64,000 nucleotides of DNA, from the IMG/VR virus record IMGVR_UViG_3300035053_000291; one strand, written 5' to 3'. How positions within the stretch are numbered: position 1 is the stretch's first letter; each line of letters starts with the position of its first letter. Made by a program: the position numbers and the translations under genes. Below the pieces are notes generated by a model, which ran no database searches, had not been told where the DNA came from, and worked only from the letters and a program-made list of their open reading frames with translations. This document shows positions 38,653-47,511 of this stretch, piece after piece. This DNA comes from a virus.

Positions 38653-38691
38653 GAAAGGTTCTCGTTTTGAGACTCGTTTCGAGAACCTTTC
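38653..38691. promoter_or_regulatory. 12-bp inverted repeat upstream of promoter (operator or terminator)
   Basis: GAAAGGTTCTCG-N15-CGAGAACCTTTC. Confidence 0.45.
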
Positions 38692-38886
38692 AGTTTTAGC
38701 CAGGCTGAAAGAAAAGTTGCTGTTCTTGCTTCTTCTAAAAAAAGATGTTGGTTGTTCTTGCGCTGGGAATGTTTCAGTTTTGTTGCAGGCTATTTTTTGG
38801 ACAATGCCTCTAACAATCTCCAATTCCTCTTGAGAAACTTTGCGAGCGGTCGTCCCAAATCAAAAGATTTTTCTTTCATGATTATG

Positions 38887-39108
38887 CTATTTCAACAATT
38901 CTTCAAATTCAGTTATAATTCTATCTATTGGACTTACTAACCAAGTATCTCTCCAAAGTTCTGTTGCTTCTTTAATAAAATAATCAGGTATCTCTCTACC
39001 AAAATACACATTATTGCTAAAATCAGCATGTTTCATGGTAGCAGTATCTTTTACTTCATTAAGCATACTGACATATTCTTCCAATTTCTTTTTACCCACA
39101 TATGGCAT
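38887..39108 (-). CDS. Cassette ORF, 73 aa
   Basis: ORF track; stop TAG is part of the motif. Confidence 0.7.
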   Translation of the reverse strand: MPYVGKKKLEEYVSMLNEVKDTATMKHADFSNNVYFGREIPDYFIKEATELWRDTWLVSPIDRIITEFEELLK

Positions 39109-39111
39109 TTT

Positions 39112-39261
39112 TCATTCACCTCGGTAGTTTCCTTTTTTATCAACTGGTGCACCACACTTATCACAAAAAAGAAAATCATCTAAATCAAATGTAATCTCAA
39201 TTTTTCTTCTTTTAGAATAGCCTCTTTTCCTTGCTTCCTTCTCAAACTCATCATCATTCAT
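39112..39261 (-). CDS. Cassette ORF, 49 aa with CDKC
   Basis: Manual translation, GGTGA SD. Confidence 0.7.
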   Translation of the reverse strand: MNDDEFEKEARKRGYSKRRKIEITFDLDDFLFCDKCGAPVDKKGNYRGE

Positions 39262-39278
39262 AATCTTGTCACCTTATG

Positions 39279-39440
39279 CTATAACTTATCCAATAAATGT
39301 TGAAAATGATGATATAGAAAATTCAAAGACTCCATCTCGAACTTTAATTTATCAATTTCTTTCTGTTTTTCATCAATCAAATTTTTAATCTCAATTTGAC
39401 GTTGAATCATATCATCTTCATCATTCACAATCCATTGCAT
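39279..39440 (-). CDS. Cassette ORF, 53 aa coiled coil
   Basis: Manual translation. Confidence 0.7.
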   Translation of the reverse strand: MQWIVNDEDDMIQRQIEIKNLIDEKQKEIDKLKFEMESLNFLYHHFQHLLDKL

Positions 39441-39457
39441 AATCTTGTCACCTTATG

Positions 39458-39586
39458 CTAGATTGTGAATCTCTCGTAGTAATCCTCTGGTTTCAATGTA
39501 CCTGCCCTCTTGTATAATTCCCATGAGCGTCTTATTGCTTCCGGGTCATTGAATGCCTCTTCAATATTCACTCTTTTCTTCTTCAT
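39458..39586 (-). CDS. Cassette ORF, 42 aa
   Basis: Manual translation. Confidence 0.7.
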   Translation of the reverse strand: MKKKRVNIEEAFNDPEAIRRSWELYKRAGTLKPEDYYERFTI

Positions 39587-39598
39587 AATCTTGTCACC

Positions 39599-39799
39599 TT
39601 ATGCTAATTTTTCAACTACATTTTCTAATAACTTTTTCAATTCATCAAAAGACAAACGCACCATATCAACGCTATCCTCATTATCTGAATGATGCCTTTC
39701 CCAAATATCAACATATTTCTTATCTACAAAAACAGTAGCCATCTTAAAAGACTCTGATGACTTCCCAAGTTCAATTGTTTCCCTATTATTCTTATCCAT
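39599..39799 (-). CDS. Cassette ORF, 66 aa
   Basis: ORF track; start reassigned to the ATG after GGTGA. Confidence 0.7.
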   Translation of the reverse strand: MDKNNRETIELGKSSESFKMATVFVDKKYVDIWERHHSDNEDSVDMVRLSFDELKKLLENVVEKLA

Positions 39800-39824
39800 T
39801 ATATTCACCAATTATGCTATCTTA

Positions 39825-40040
39825 TCAACTTGCTCGTTTCATCTCAGTTGAAAAATGGTCACTATATTCAAAACATTTAATCAATAATGTATCTGGAAAA
39901 AATGCTACTGCTTTCTCGACATAATCATCAAAATCTTTGAATGATGACTTATCATCTGTTTTCCAAATACCATCTCTCAACTTTTTAGTAAAATCATCAG
40001 CATCAGTATTTTGACCTTTCAACCAATCTGTTTTTTTCAC
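39825..40040 (-). CDS. Cassette ORF, 71 aa
   Basis: ORF track, GGAGG SD, GTG start. Confidence 0.7.
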   Translation of the reverse strand: MKKTDWLKGQNTDADDFTKKLRDGIWKTDDKSSFKDFDDYVEKAVAFFPDTLLIKCFEYSDHFSTEMKRAS

Positions 40041-40061
40041 CTGAAATCCTCCATTTTTATG

Positions 40062-40214
40062 CTATAACTTATTCCTACAATCCTCACAAATTCTTCTAAA
40101 TGAACCATCTTCTTTTTGTTCATCTGCAAGAAATTGAGCAAAACAGATAGGATTATTACAGAGAAATATCGGATAGGTTTCGTATTTCTTTCCACAAATT
40201 TCACAAACACTCAT
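40062..40214 (-). CDS. Cassette ORF, 50 aa Zn finger (CEIC, C-x4-C, CEDC)
   Basis: Manual translation. Confidence 0.7.
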   Translation of the reverse strand: MSVCEICGKKYETYPIFLCNNPICFAQFLADEQKEDGSFRRICEDCRNKL

Positions 40215-40239
40215 TCAATCACCTTTTCAAATTATGCTA

Positions 40240-40311
40240 TTATTGAGTTCTTGATATTAAATATTCAATGAAACTCTTCCATTCTTCTTTTTCTTTTTTA
40301 GTAAATTCCAT
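40240..40311 (-). CDS. Cassette ORF, 23 aa
   Basis: Manual translation between two motifs. Confidence 0.5.
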   Translation of the reverse strand: MEFTKKEKEEWKSFIEYLISRTQ

Positions 40312-40325
40312 ATTTCATCACTATG

Positions 40326-40496
40326 CTAAGATTGTGTTTTTTCCTTTATGGGTTCATACCCAAAATTCATAGACTCCAAATCTTCTTCAATCCTTGAACA
40401 ATCATCAACAAAAGGCAACGCAAATTTTTTACAAAGTCTCAATCCACGAAGTAACTCTCTCTTCTCACTTGCTGTTCTAATTTCTAAATATGGCAT
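40326..40496 (-). CDS. Cassette ORF, 56 aa (MPYLEIR...)
   Basis: Manual translation; shares a 23-nt start context with the 39108 ORF. Confidence 0.7.
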   Translation of the reverse strand: MPYLEIRTASEKRELLRGLRLCKKFALPFVDDCSRIEEDLESMNFGYEPIKEKTQS

Positions 40497-40514
40497 TTTT
40501 CATTCACCTCTATG

Positions 40515-40670
40515 CTATCCAATAAACGGATTGTGTTCTCTTCCTTCTCTCTGTGACTGTTTGAAACTTCTACTATGACAATCGGCACAAAGACCAAGAT
40601 AGATCGGAACATTCTTCGCACCACATCCCTTGCACTTTCCAATTTTATAATCTACTTTATGTCTCATCAT
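40515..40670 (-). CDS. Cassette ORF, 51 aa Zn finger (CKGC, CADC)
   Basis: Manual translation. Confidence 0.7.
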   Translation of the reverse strand: MMRHKVDYKIGKCKGCGAKNVPIYLGLCADCHSRSFKQSQREGREHNPFIG

Positions 40671-40772
40671 TATCACTAGATTTTATGATATTACTGAACT
40701 CGTAGTCCAATAGAATCTTACCTGCTTTTTATTTGGTTGACACAAATCACAATTGCACATTTTTATCTGCCT

Positions 40773-41105
40773 TCAATTTTCCATGTGTATCGTGTACATC
40801 TCATACTTCTGGAGGCTTTTCAATAGTGGTTCAAATCTTTCTGCCATCTCTTCGTCCTGCATCTCTTCTAGATGGTCTTTGACCCCTTCGACGAATCTTT
40901 TTACTTCAAAGAAGGCCAGACCCCAATCGAAATCCACGGCGATACCAAACTTGAAATACGCTTCCTCCGGGTCGTCAAGGATGTCGCAATACTCTACTGT
41001 TTCCTGCAACAACGATTCGTCAATATCCTGGACAGGTATCACATGGTTTTTGATGATCTCAAATTCCCGTTCCCTCCTGACACTGATGTTCTTTTTGGCA
41101 AACAT
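40773..41105 (-). CDS. Hypothetical protein
   Basis: ORF track, GAGG SD. Confidence 0.7.
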   Translation of the reverse strand: MFAKKNISVRREREFEIIKNHVIPVQDIDESLLQETVEYCDILDDPEEAYFKFGIAVDFDWGLAFFEVKRFVEGVKDHLEEMQDEEMAERFEPLLKSLQKYEMYTIHMEN

Positions 41106-41114
41106 GTTTTGACC

Positions 41115-41345
41115 TCACGCATACATCGGATTGAATTCTTTTGAAGGCTTGTTGAACTTCTCTGGGTCGGTGACCACGTCCAGAAACTGGGATTCGATGA
41201 TCTCCAACTGTTTTTTATTCAATCCTTTCTCGTTCATCCTGATGTTGCCGTGTTTGTCTTTTGCGACAACTGTCCCGTTTTCCCGGTCCACGATGACCGT
41301 CAAATATGATCCATCGGTCTGTTCCCACTTGTATTCTTTACTCAT
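41115..41345 (-). CDS. Hypothetical protein, C-terminus MYA
   Basis: Start reassigned to MSKEYK after GGAGG. Confidence 0.7.
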   Translation of the reverse strand: MSKEYKWEQTDGSYLTVIVDRENGTVVAKDKHGNIRMNEKGLNKKQLEIIESQFLDVVTDPEKFNKPSKEFNPMYA

Positions 41346-41844
41346 TTTGTTTCCTCCCATGTTCTTTATGGTATTCTTCCACACGTTCCTCTTCCATGGC
41401 TCTAAAATATGCTTCTAATCTGTTTGATTTTCTTTTTTCCATTTCTTTCCCTCATTTTCTGCTCTGCCGAATAGATTGGGGATGGGCTGAAGATGGATTC
41501 TTTTGGGATGGTGAGGAAAGATAGATAAAATATAGTCAGCCCATCCAATCCGTACAAGCACTTAAACCATCTTAAACGCTTGTTCATCTATGGAACTTAA
41601 TCGCCGTTTTTATGGCACCTTCATCCACTATGTGCTGTTGCCTGTTCTTTTGGTCGGCTCTGATCTTCTCATCGGTTTTCTGGGTCATTATATCGGGAGT
41701 ACCGAACAGTGGCTTTCTCCTGACACGCTTCTTGATTATATTGTTCATGTCAATCTCTCTGAACTCGCTCTTGTCCTTTTAATCTCTTTTGTGGTCGTGA
41801 TCATTGTTGAGATGGTCGTCCGATTGAAACGCTAATTTGGGTGC

Positions 41845-42069
41845 TCATGATTCTCTTTTGAAAAGGGTTTTTCTGTTTGTCAAGGATCTGTTATCAATCA
41901 TCTCAAAATATTGGACAGGTTTTAAAATTTCGATGACTAACCCACTTTCTTTTGCTATTTTTAAAATTTGTCTATTTGCTCTTTTCTTTTCCTTTTTTGA
42001 ATATGGCATTTCTAGATCCTCCTGACTAAAAACATGGAGATCACTGCAAATATGAGTGCTCCCCACCAT
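41845..42069 (-). CDS. Hypothetical small protein (probable start MPYSKK)
   Basis: ORF track; AT-rich. Confidence 0.5.
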   Translation of the reverse strand: MVGSTHICSDLHVFSQEDLEMPYSKKEKKRANRQILKIAKESGLVIEILKPVQYFEMIDNRSLTNRKTLFKRES

Positions 42070-42300
42070 AATACTAATAGCACGACAACTGTCCGTGCGA
42101 ATAATCTTTTCCAGCTGATATTTTTTCTAATGATCTCTTTGATCATTCAAGAAACCTAGCCTATACAACAAAACGAATGTTCGTTTTCTCATTCTGTCAC
42201 CTCTTTTTTTCTTCAAAGGAATCGGTAGGGAGCAGCAGACAAACGACGACAGGGAAAAGCCATTACTGCCCCCTTGTTTTTTGTAAAATCCCTTCTACCA

Positions 42301-42684
42301 TCAATCTAATTTCTTCTGGACGTTTAAACCCGTGTCTAACAGATTCGCTAACCGGTCCAGTTTCTCTTCCTTCTTCTTTTCCACTCTGCCTTTTATTTTG
42401 TGCATGGTCTTCATCTGTTCCAGCATGATCTCGACGTCCGCAATCTCTTCCACCAGATTGTCAGAAACGGTGTATGACAGGTTCCGCAGATCATTTGACA
42501 CGTATCCATTTCTTATTGATTTGCACTGCTCAAACTGCTTTTCTGCCACTCTGTGCATTAACGGCATCTTGAGGATGCGGGTCAGTTCCATGGACAGTTC
42601 TGCAGTCTCTTCCAAGACCATCAACGACTGGAAGAACATCCCCCATTTCTGCTCTGCCCTTCTGTATAATCGTTCCTTTTCCAT
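42301..42684 (-). CDS. mazG: MazG-like NTP pyrophosphohydrolase
   Basis: VLEETAEL...LVEEIADVEIMLEQM...KKEEKLDRL. Confidence 0.85.
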   Translation of the reverse strand: MEKERLYRRAEQKWGMFFQSLMVLEETAELSMELTRILKMPLMHRVAEKQFEQCKSIRNGYVSNDLRNLSYTVSDNLVEEIADVEIMLEQMKTMHKIKGRVEKKKEEKLDRLANLLDTGLNVQKKLD

Positions 42685-42687
42685 GTC

Positions 42688-43086
42688 TTAGTTTCCCCGG
42701 TCTTCTTCATCAGTCACTCCTCGTGCATCCAGGTATGTCTGATAGTCGTCATATCTGGTGATGCTATACTGATACTCTGAAATCTTTGGATAATACGGAA
42801 GAAGATACACGCTGTCGATCGTTATCCCATTGATCTCCACCCACATATGTCCTGAACGGTTGTCTCCATGGGTCTGATTCACTGGTTCAGGTCTGTCTTT
42901 CCCTACAACGCATACAACATCAAACCCAATTGGTTCAAGAATGTCCTCAATATCCCGGGCCATATGTCTGCATACATATTTTTCATTGCTGTATTGTATG
43001 GATCGTGTCGTAAGAACAATAAGGATAATGAGACAAACAGTAAACAACATCTTTCCTATCTTTCTGCTGATCTTCAGCTGATACAT
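42688..43086 (-). CDS. Membrane-anchored transglutaminase/papain-like protein
   Basis: TM followed by VCRHMA...GHMWVEI..IDS (Cys-His-Asp/Glu). Confidence 0.65.
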   Translation of the reverse strand: MYQLKISRKIGKMLFTVCLIILIVLTTRSIQYSNEKYVCRHMARDIEDILEPIGFDVVCVVGKDRPEPVNQTHGDNRSGHMWVEINGITIDSVYLLPYYPKISEYQYSITRYDDYQTYLDARGVTDEEDRGN

Positions 43087-43126
43087 GATTTATCCCGTTG
43101 TTCATATTCCCCAGCAGCCGACGTAT

Positions 43127-43549
43127 CTATCGTACAGCAACTGGCTTACTTTGTCTTTTTTTTCTTTGATTTCTTTGACGTGTTGTGAACCCATCCGTCT
43201 TTCCTCCTTTCACCACGAACAATGGTGTTGGCACCTTGTGCTGCTCAACATCTAATTCCACCAATTCCCCTTTCTTGTATGGACAGCTGTCCAGTGCAAC
43301 ACGGTAAAATACTCCTTCTTCTCGTGCTTTCTTCCGATGAGTGAAGTTTGCATAAATAAAACGGCGCAGGCTCCCAAACGGGACACCTGGCTTTACGATG
43401 GTCACATGCCACTTTCCCGGTATGAATCCAAACCAGGGTTCTACATACCACTGTAATCGTTTCGGCGGTATCTTCTGGATGATGCGGCCACGAATGGTTA
43501 CACTCATAGCATTTACCCATACATCAATTCGTTTTGCTGTGCTTCCCAA
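43127..43549 (-). CDS. Hypothetical protein
   Basis: ORF track. Confidence 0.6.
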   Translation of the reverse strand: MGSTAKRIDVWVNAMSVTIRGRIIQKIPPKRLQWYVEPWFGFIPGKWHVTIVKPGVPFGSLRRFIYANFTHRKKAREEGVFYRVALDSCPYKKGELVELDVEQHKVPTPLFVVKGGKTDGFTTRQRNQRKKRQSKPVAVR

Positions 43550-43788
43550 CGGTCTTGGTTAAGGTCCACTTCGATGGTTCCTTTTGGCCCAAGTGTCTTC
43601 TCTAACCGTTCAGTGATGTCTGCTTTGACGCTCTCCGGGATCTGTTTTCCGGTAACGATCTGGAAGAATTCAGTTACCTGATACAAAGCGATGATCGCTT
43701 CGTTCTTACTGTCAACATAGCGGCTGGCTATCATTTTGATTATGCTGTCCGCTATCTCTTTTCGTTTTTTGTCATCGTATGACTTCAT
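43513..43788 (-). CDS. Hypothetical protein, C-terminus MYG
   Basis: ORF track, GGAGG SD. Confidence 0.7.
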   Translation of the reverse strand: MKSYDDKKRKEIADSIIKMIASRYVDSKNEAIIALYQVTEFFQIVTGKQIPESVKADITERLEKTLGPKGTIEVDLNQDRWEAQQNELMYG

Positions 43789-43953
43789 AAAAACACGCCT
43801 CCGTTCTGGTGCTTCTTTCTACTCTGCCGTTCTTTGCGCTTTTTCTTGCGCTTCTTTTCTTCCTTTTATCATATGTCTTAAACCCTATTTAATAATTTCG
43901 GCTAATTGAGACAATTATATCATTTGGACAGTTGTCTGCTTGATTATTATTGA

Positions 43954-44226
43954 CTATTGATACATTATTTGTTGTGATTCAGACAGTTGTCGCAAATTCT
44001 GTATCTCTTCTTCAATCTTTTCTCTGACTATTTCCCTCATCTCTTTGATGTCTTCATCTGGAATGTAAACTCTGATGATTTCCTGAATGGCTATTGATGA
44101 TTTCTGCAACGCCATAGCTACTTCTTCCGGGTTCTTTGGGAATTTTTCCTTTATCGTCTTCATAATGATCTCTTCGACTTCCAAGACGAGTTCCTCGTCA
44201 ATATCTATTTCAGGATCTTCTTCCAT
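43954..44226 (-). CDS. Hypothetical protein, C-terminus MYQ
   Basis: ORF track, GGAGG SD. Confidence 0.7.
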   Translation of the reverse strand: MEEDPEIDIDEELVLEVEEIIMKTIKEKFPKNPEEVAMALQKSSIAIQEIIRVYIPDEDIKEMREIVREKIEEEIQNLRQLSESQQIMYQ

Positions 44227-44801
44227 GAGATTCCTCCACTTGTTTCCTTATTCATTCGATATGCATATGCTAATACCAAAAACCCGACCGCAAAGAATAT
44301 AACGGTTTCAGCCAAGGCGACACCTGTCACAAACATGAACAAAAAGACCGAACTCAATCCAATTGCCAGCACTAACCCAGACAGGTTTGCATACTGCCAA
44401 TCATCATAACGCAAGGACAACGTGATCAATGCAATAGCAACAGCCAGCAGCATGAAACAGACAAAAAAGATATGAGGAAACCCATGAGGAAAAACCCCAA
44501 TACCTATCATGCCAATGCCCGCTAAGATGAACCCTTTTGCGGCAATGACTGCTTTCTTCTTCAGATATGATTCCAATCCGATGCCGAATCCTGCCATGAA
44601 GATACCAGTCAATACGACACCTATCCGGAAGACATAGGTATGATCCCCAAAAATTCCAAGATCCGATAAGGCCATGTCGGTCCAGACGAACCAAGGATTC
44701 AGCAGGATGGCTAAACCGACTGAAATGAAAAACGTGGCAAAGGCCAGTGCACCACAGGTTGCTCCGGCTGCTATGCGACTGTTGTCGGGTTTCTTAATCA
44801 T
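44205..44801 (-). CDS. DUF998-like multi-pass membrane protein
   Basis: NPWFVWTDMALSDLG..., GIGMIGIGVFP..HIFF. Confidence 0.75.
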   Translation of the reverse strand: MIKKPDNSRIAAGATCGALAFATFFISVGLAILLNPWFVWTDMALSDLGIFGDHTYVFRIGVVLTGIFMAGFGIGLESYLKKKAVIAAKGFILAGIGMIGIGVFPHGFPHIFFVCFMLLAVAIALITLSLRYDDWQYANLSGLVLAIGLSSVFLFMFVTGVALAETVIFFAVGFLVLAYAYRMNKETSGGISWKKILK

Positions 44802-44908
44802 CAGCCCTATTTATATTATTCTCAGGGCTTGAAGGCTTGTTCTGTTTTTCGTTATTCTATTTTCCTTTTTAGCGAATCGAACGTCTACCTGATTGCAAGC
44901 CAACGACT

Positions 44909-45610
44909 TCAGTCGTTGGTAGTTGACGAGATCACCTCAAAATAGTCTTCCATGAATCTGTCAACCACATTTCTTGCCCACCAGAGAAGGCACTGATGTT
45001 GCCATCTAATCTGTTGTGTGTATTCTCTGGGATCTAATTCCCACAGGTCGTACAGATCACAGTTATGCTCAAGGTCTTGGATTGTTTGGTAATACTCATG
45101 TTCGTTTTCAAGAGAAGAATATTGTGCCTGGTCCATTATTGAATCTATCTTTTCAAATTTTTCTTCTGGATAACTGTCTGGATGGCAATCCTCGCAGATG
45201 GCTAGGTTCTCACGGAGTTCTTCCGGATCATAGTCCCATCCTGCAAGAGTCTCTTTGAACCATTCTTTCATGGTGTCGTCAAGATCAAAGCGCATGCATA
45301 TATCAGAGGCAATCTCCTCTCTTGCTTTCTCTTCATCATATTCTTTTATCTGGTGATTCTGATTACCAAGAGATACTTTCTCTGTGAAATACGATAAGGA
45401 TGTTGCTCCTGCCATCCAGTTAATGGTTTGTAGATTGCCCTTGGTATATGGCATGACGATACAGCCGTCATAATCTCCAGACATGCATAACCCTCCAGGA
45501 ATCAATGTCACGAAGAAGGATTCCATCGAACTGTCCTTCTCTTTCTGGACATACCAGGTCTTTGCGTCAATCTTGGTGAAATATTTTAATTCTTTAACCA
45601 TTTCTTTCAT
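44909..45610 (-). CDS. Conserved phage-type hypothetical protein
   Basis: TLIPGGLCMSGDYDG...YFTEKV. Confidence 0.7.
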   Translation of the reverse strand: MKEMVKELKYFTKIDAKTWYVQKEKDSSMESFFVTLIPGGLCMSGDYDGCIVMPYTKGNLQTINWMAGATSLSYFTEKVSLGNQNHQIKEYDEEKAREEIASDICMRFDLDDTMKEWFKETLAGWDYDPEELRENLAICEDCHPDSYPEEKFEKIDSIMDQAQYSSLENEHEYYQTIQDLEHNCDLYDLWELDPREYTQQIRWQHQCLLWWARNVVDRFMEDYFEVISSTTND

Positions 45611-46086
45611 AGCCTTCTCTCCTCTTCTCCTGTCTTCATTTCTTTTTTAGAATTCCATCTAATCACTTGAAAGAATTTGTGGTCAAACGGGTCGTTAAAC
45701 GGGCCGTTAAACACATCTCCATACATCTTCACGAATTGCTGATACATGTCTGGAAAGTCTTTGAAGCCGTCCATTTTTGCTATAGCCTCTGCAAGTTCAT
45801 CGTCAAGATAATGTTCCGGTTCCGGTATGACAATGCCATCTGGTTTAATGCAGATGTCAAATACCTCTGTTATCTTCCAATATAGTGTTCTCCAACTCCA
45901 TTTTGATTGGTATGGTTCTTCCTCCCATCCATGGAACATGATCCAATCTCCAGGTTCTTTCTGTTTTGATGGGTTAAGCGTTCGTATTGTTTGTGTGCAT
46001 CGGTCAGATCTTACTGCGTCTATCTTTGGTTCGTAGGTTAAGGCCAGGATATGTTTCTTAATGATTTTATTGTCTTTTGTTATCAT
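45607..46086 (-). CDS. ASCH-domain protein
   Basis: CTQTIR...PGD...AIAKMDGF. Confidence 0.75.
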   Translation of the reverse strand: MITKDNKIIKKHILALTYEPKIDAVRSDRCTQTIRTLNPSKQKEPGDWIMFHGWEEEPYQSKWSWRTLYWKITEVFDICIKPDGIVIPEPEHYLDDELAEAIAKMDGFKDFPDMYQQFVKMYGDVFNGPFNDPFDHKFFQVIRWNSKKEMKTGEEERRL

Positions 46087-46104
46087 TTTTTCTCCTCCTT
46101 CTGC

Positions 46105-46575
46105 TCAAAATGATTTGATCTTCACTTCTTTTTTCTTATATATCGGTGGCAGTTCTTCCATCTTATCCGCAAATTCCTGGACTGTCTCTTCTGGAACATC
46201 ATGTGTTTGCCTTTCTACTGCAATCTCGACAGGTGTCACCATGTGTACGAAAAAAACCTCGTATTGTTTTTCCATTGCTTCCTCAATGTAAAAAGACATG
46301 GCACGCATGGACAGATTGGTATTGTCCACAACGATAAGTTGGTCCCCGTAGGCAAGTGCCTCTTCAAACTGGTCCCGGCAGTATTGATGTGCTTCACCAA
46401 TCAAATCGATGTCGAACTCATAGTTTCCTTCCCCATCAACAAAATAATGGTCTGCTGAACAAACCGTGGCATGACTATAGTTCTGGCGGACAAATGTTGA
46501 CTTCCCCGATCCAGGAATACCTCGCATGATGATCACTGCTCCGTTCAATTTTTTCAAGAGAGACACCTCAATCAT
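46105..46575 (-). CDS. AAA_33/N4BP2-like polynucleotide kinase
   Basis: MRGIPGSGKST, SADHYF, IVVDNTN, HDVPEE. Confidence 0.85.
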   Translation of the reverse strand: MIEVSLLKKLNGAVIIMRGIPGSGKSTFVRQNYSHATVCSADHYFVDGEGNYEFDIDLIGEAHQYCRDQFEEALAYGDQLIVVDNTNLSMRAMSFYIEEAMEKQYEVFFVHMVTPVEIAVERQTHDVPEETVQEFADKMEELPPIYKKKEVKIKSF

Positions 46576-46753
46576 CTAAACTTCTTTTTTTCTTGGCCAG
46601 CACAGGTCGTGGGCCTCCCCGTTCTTTGATGACGTTCTGGGCCATCTTTCCATCTGGACAGGTATGCCAGCAGATCTCTCGACCGTTGATCTCCCATATT
46701 CTGTTTGGGGTGAACGTTTCGCTGCATCGGTAGCAACGGAATTCTTTTTTCAT
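46568..46753 (-). CDS. Small Zn-finger protein
   Basis: CYRC...CWHTC. Confidence 0.6.
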   Translation of the reverse strand: MKKEFRCYRCSETFTPNRIWEINGREICWHTCPDGKMAQNVIKERGGPRPVLAKKKRSLDD

Positions 46754-47022
46754 CGTATGAACTCTCTCAGTTCTTCTTCGTTCGTGGGCTTTCCAATCAA
46801 CTTGCTGGCGTGAATGGACAATTTCTTGTGCTTCTTTTTATGGTGCTCATCGAACGGATAGTTGTCCGTATACAAGTCCACAACAAGAGTGAGGTCATTG
46901 ATGGTGTTTGACAATTCGTACAGTAGATCTGCAAGAATCCCACAATCTTTATGGTCTAATTCGGGGAGGTGGTTCTCTTCCATTTTTCCCAGTTTTCGAA
47001 TCCATTTTTCAATTTCGCTCAT
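46750..47022 (-). CDS. Hypothetical protein
   Basis: ORF track. Confidence 0.65.
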   Translation of the reverse strand: MSEIEKWIRKLGKMEENHLPELDHKDCGILADLLYELSNTINDLTLVVDLYTDNYPFDEHHKKKHKKLSIHASKLIGKPTNEEELREFIR

Positions 47023-47027
47023 GGTAT

Positions 47028-47189
47028 CTACTCGTCAGCTGTCTGCATTATTTCTTTTAGGCAATATTTCTCAAAAATAATGATATCCAATATTGTATAC
47101 CAATCGATATGTGGCTTGAATTTTCTTATGACAAACAAGGGATATCCTATCATGTCTTTTATCACGCATTTTTTATAATATCTCGACAT
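47028..47189 (-). CDS. 53-aa AT-rich ORF flanked by 27-nt direct repeats
   Basis: Manual translation MSRYYKK...QTADE. Confidence 0.6.
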   Translation of the reverse strand: MSRYYKKCVIKDMIGYPLFVIRKFKPHIDWYTILDIIIFEKYCLKEIMQTADE

Positions 47190-47194
47190 GGTAT

Positions 47195-47494
47195 CTACTC
47201 GACAGTTGTCTGCTGTATTTCTTCTCTTGTTTTCCTGTCAAACTGTTTGAAGTAGTCATCTATTTCCTGGTCTACTTTCTCTTTGACAGTTGTCGGGATT
47301 TCAGTATCCAAGATGTTCTTCAAATATTCCTCATGGTATCTATTTATGATGTAATATGCGATGGTGGCCCGTGCTAATTCTCCCGGGTATCTTTTATCGA
47401 TCATCGTGGTGATATCGTCAACCATCTGCTTCACATCTGCCTTGTTCTTCTCTAATTCATATCTTAATTTTTGTTCCATTTCTATTTCCTCCAT
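47195..47494 (-). CDS. Hypothetical helical protein
   Basis: ORF track, GGAGG SD. Confidence 0.7.
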   Translation of the reverse strand: MEEIEMEQKLRYELEKNKADVKQMVDDITTMIDKRYPGELARATIAYYIINRYHEEYLKNILDTEIPTTVKEKVDQEIDDYFKQFDRKTREEIQQTTVE

Positions 47495-47511
47495 TTTTCT
47501 GCTCTGCCATT

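Larger units (their letters stand above)
38882..40760 (-). repeat. AT-rich micro-ORF cassette array with TAGCATA(A) junction motif (9 copies)
   Basis: Motif at 38882, 39274, 39453, 39599, 39812, 40057, 40232, 40322, 40511; three exact 23-nt TAGCATAAGGTGACAAGATTATG. Confidence 0.85.

Noticed and set aside
38882-40760. CRISPR array
   Set aside because: Spacers are 90-390 nt, variable and protein-coding; the repeat core is only 7-23 nt; no cas genes
41590-41835. + strand holin-like membrane ORF
   Set aside because: No SD or promoter seen; a coupled minus-strand 54-aa ORF (MNNIIKKRV...) occupies the same DNA
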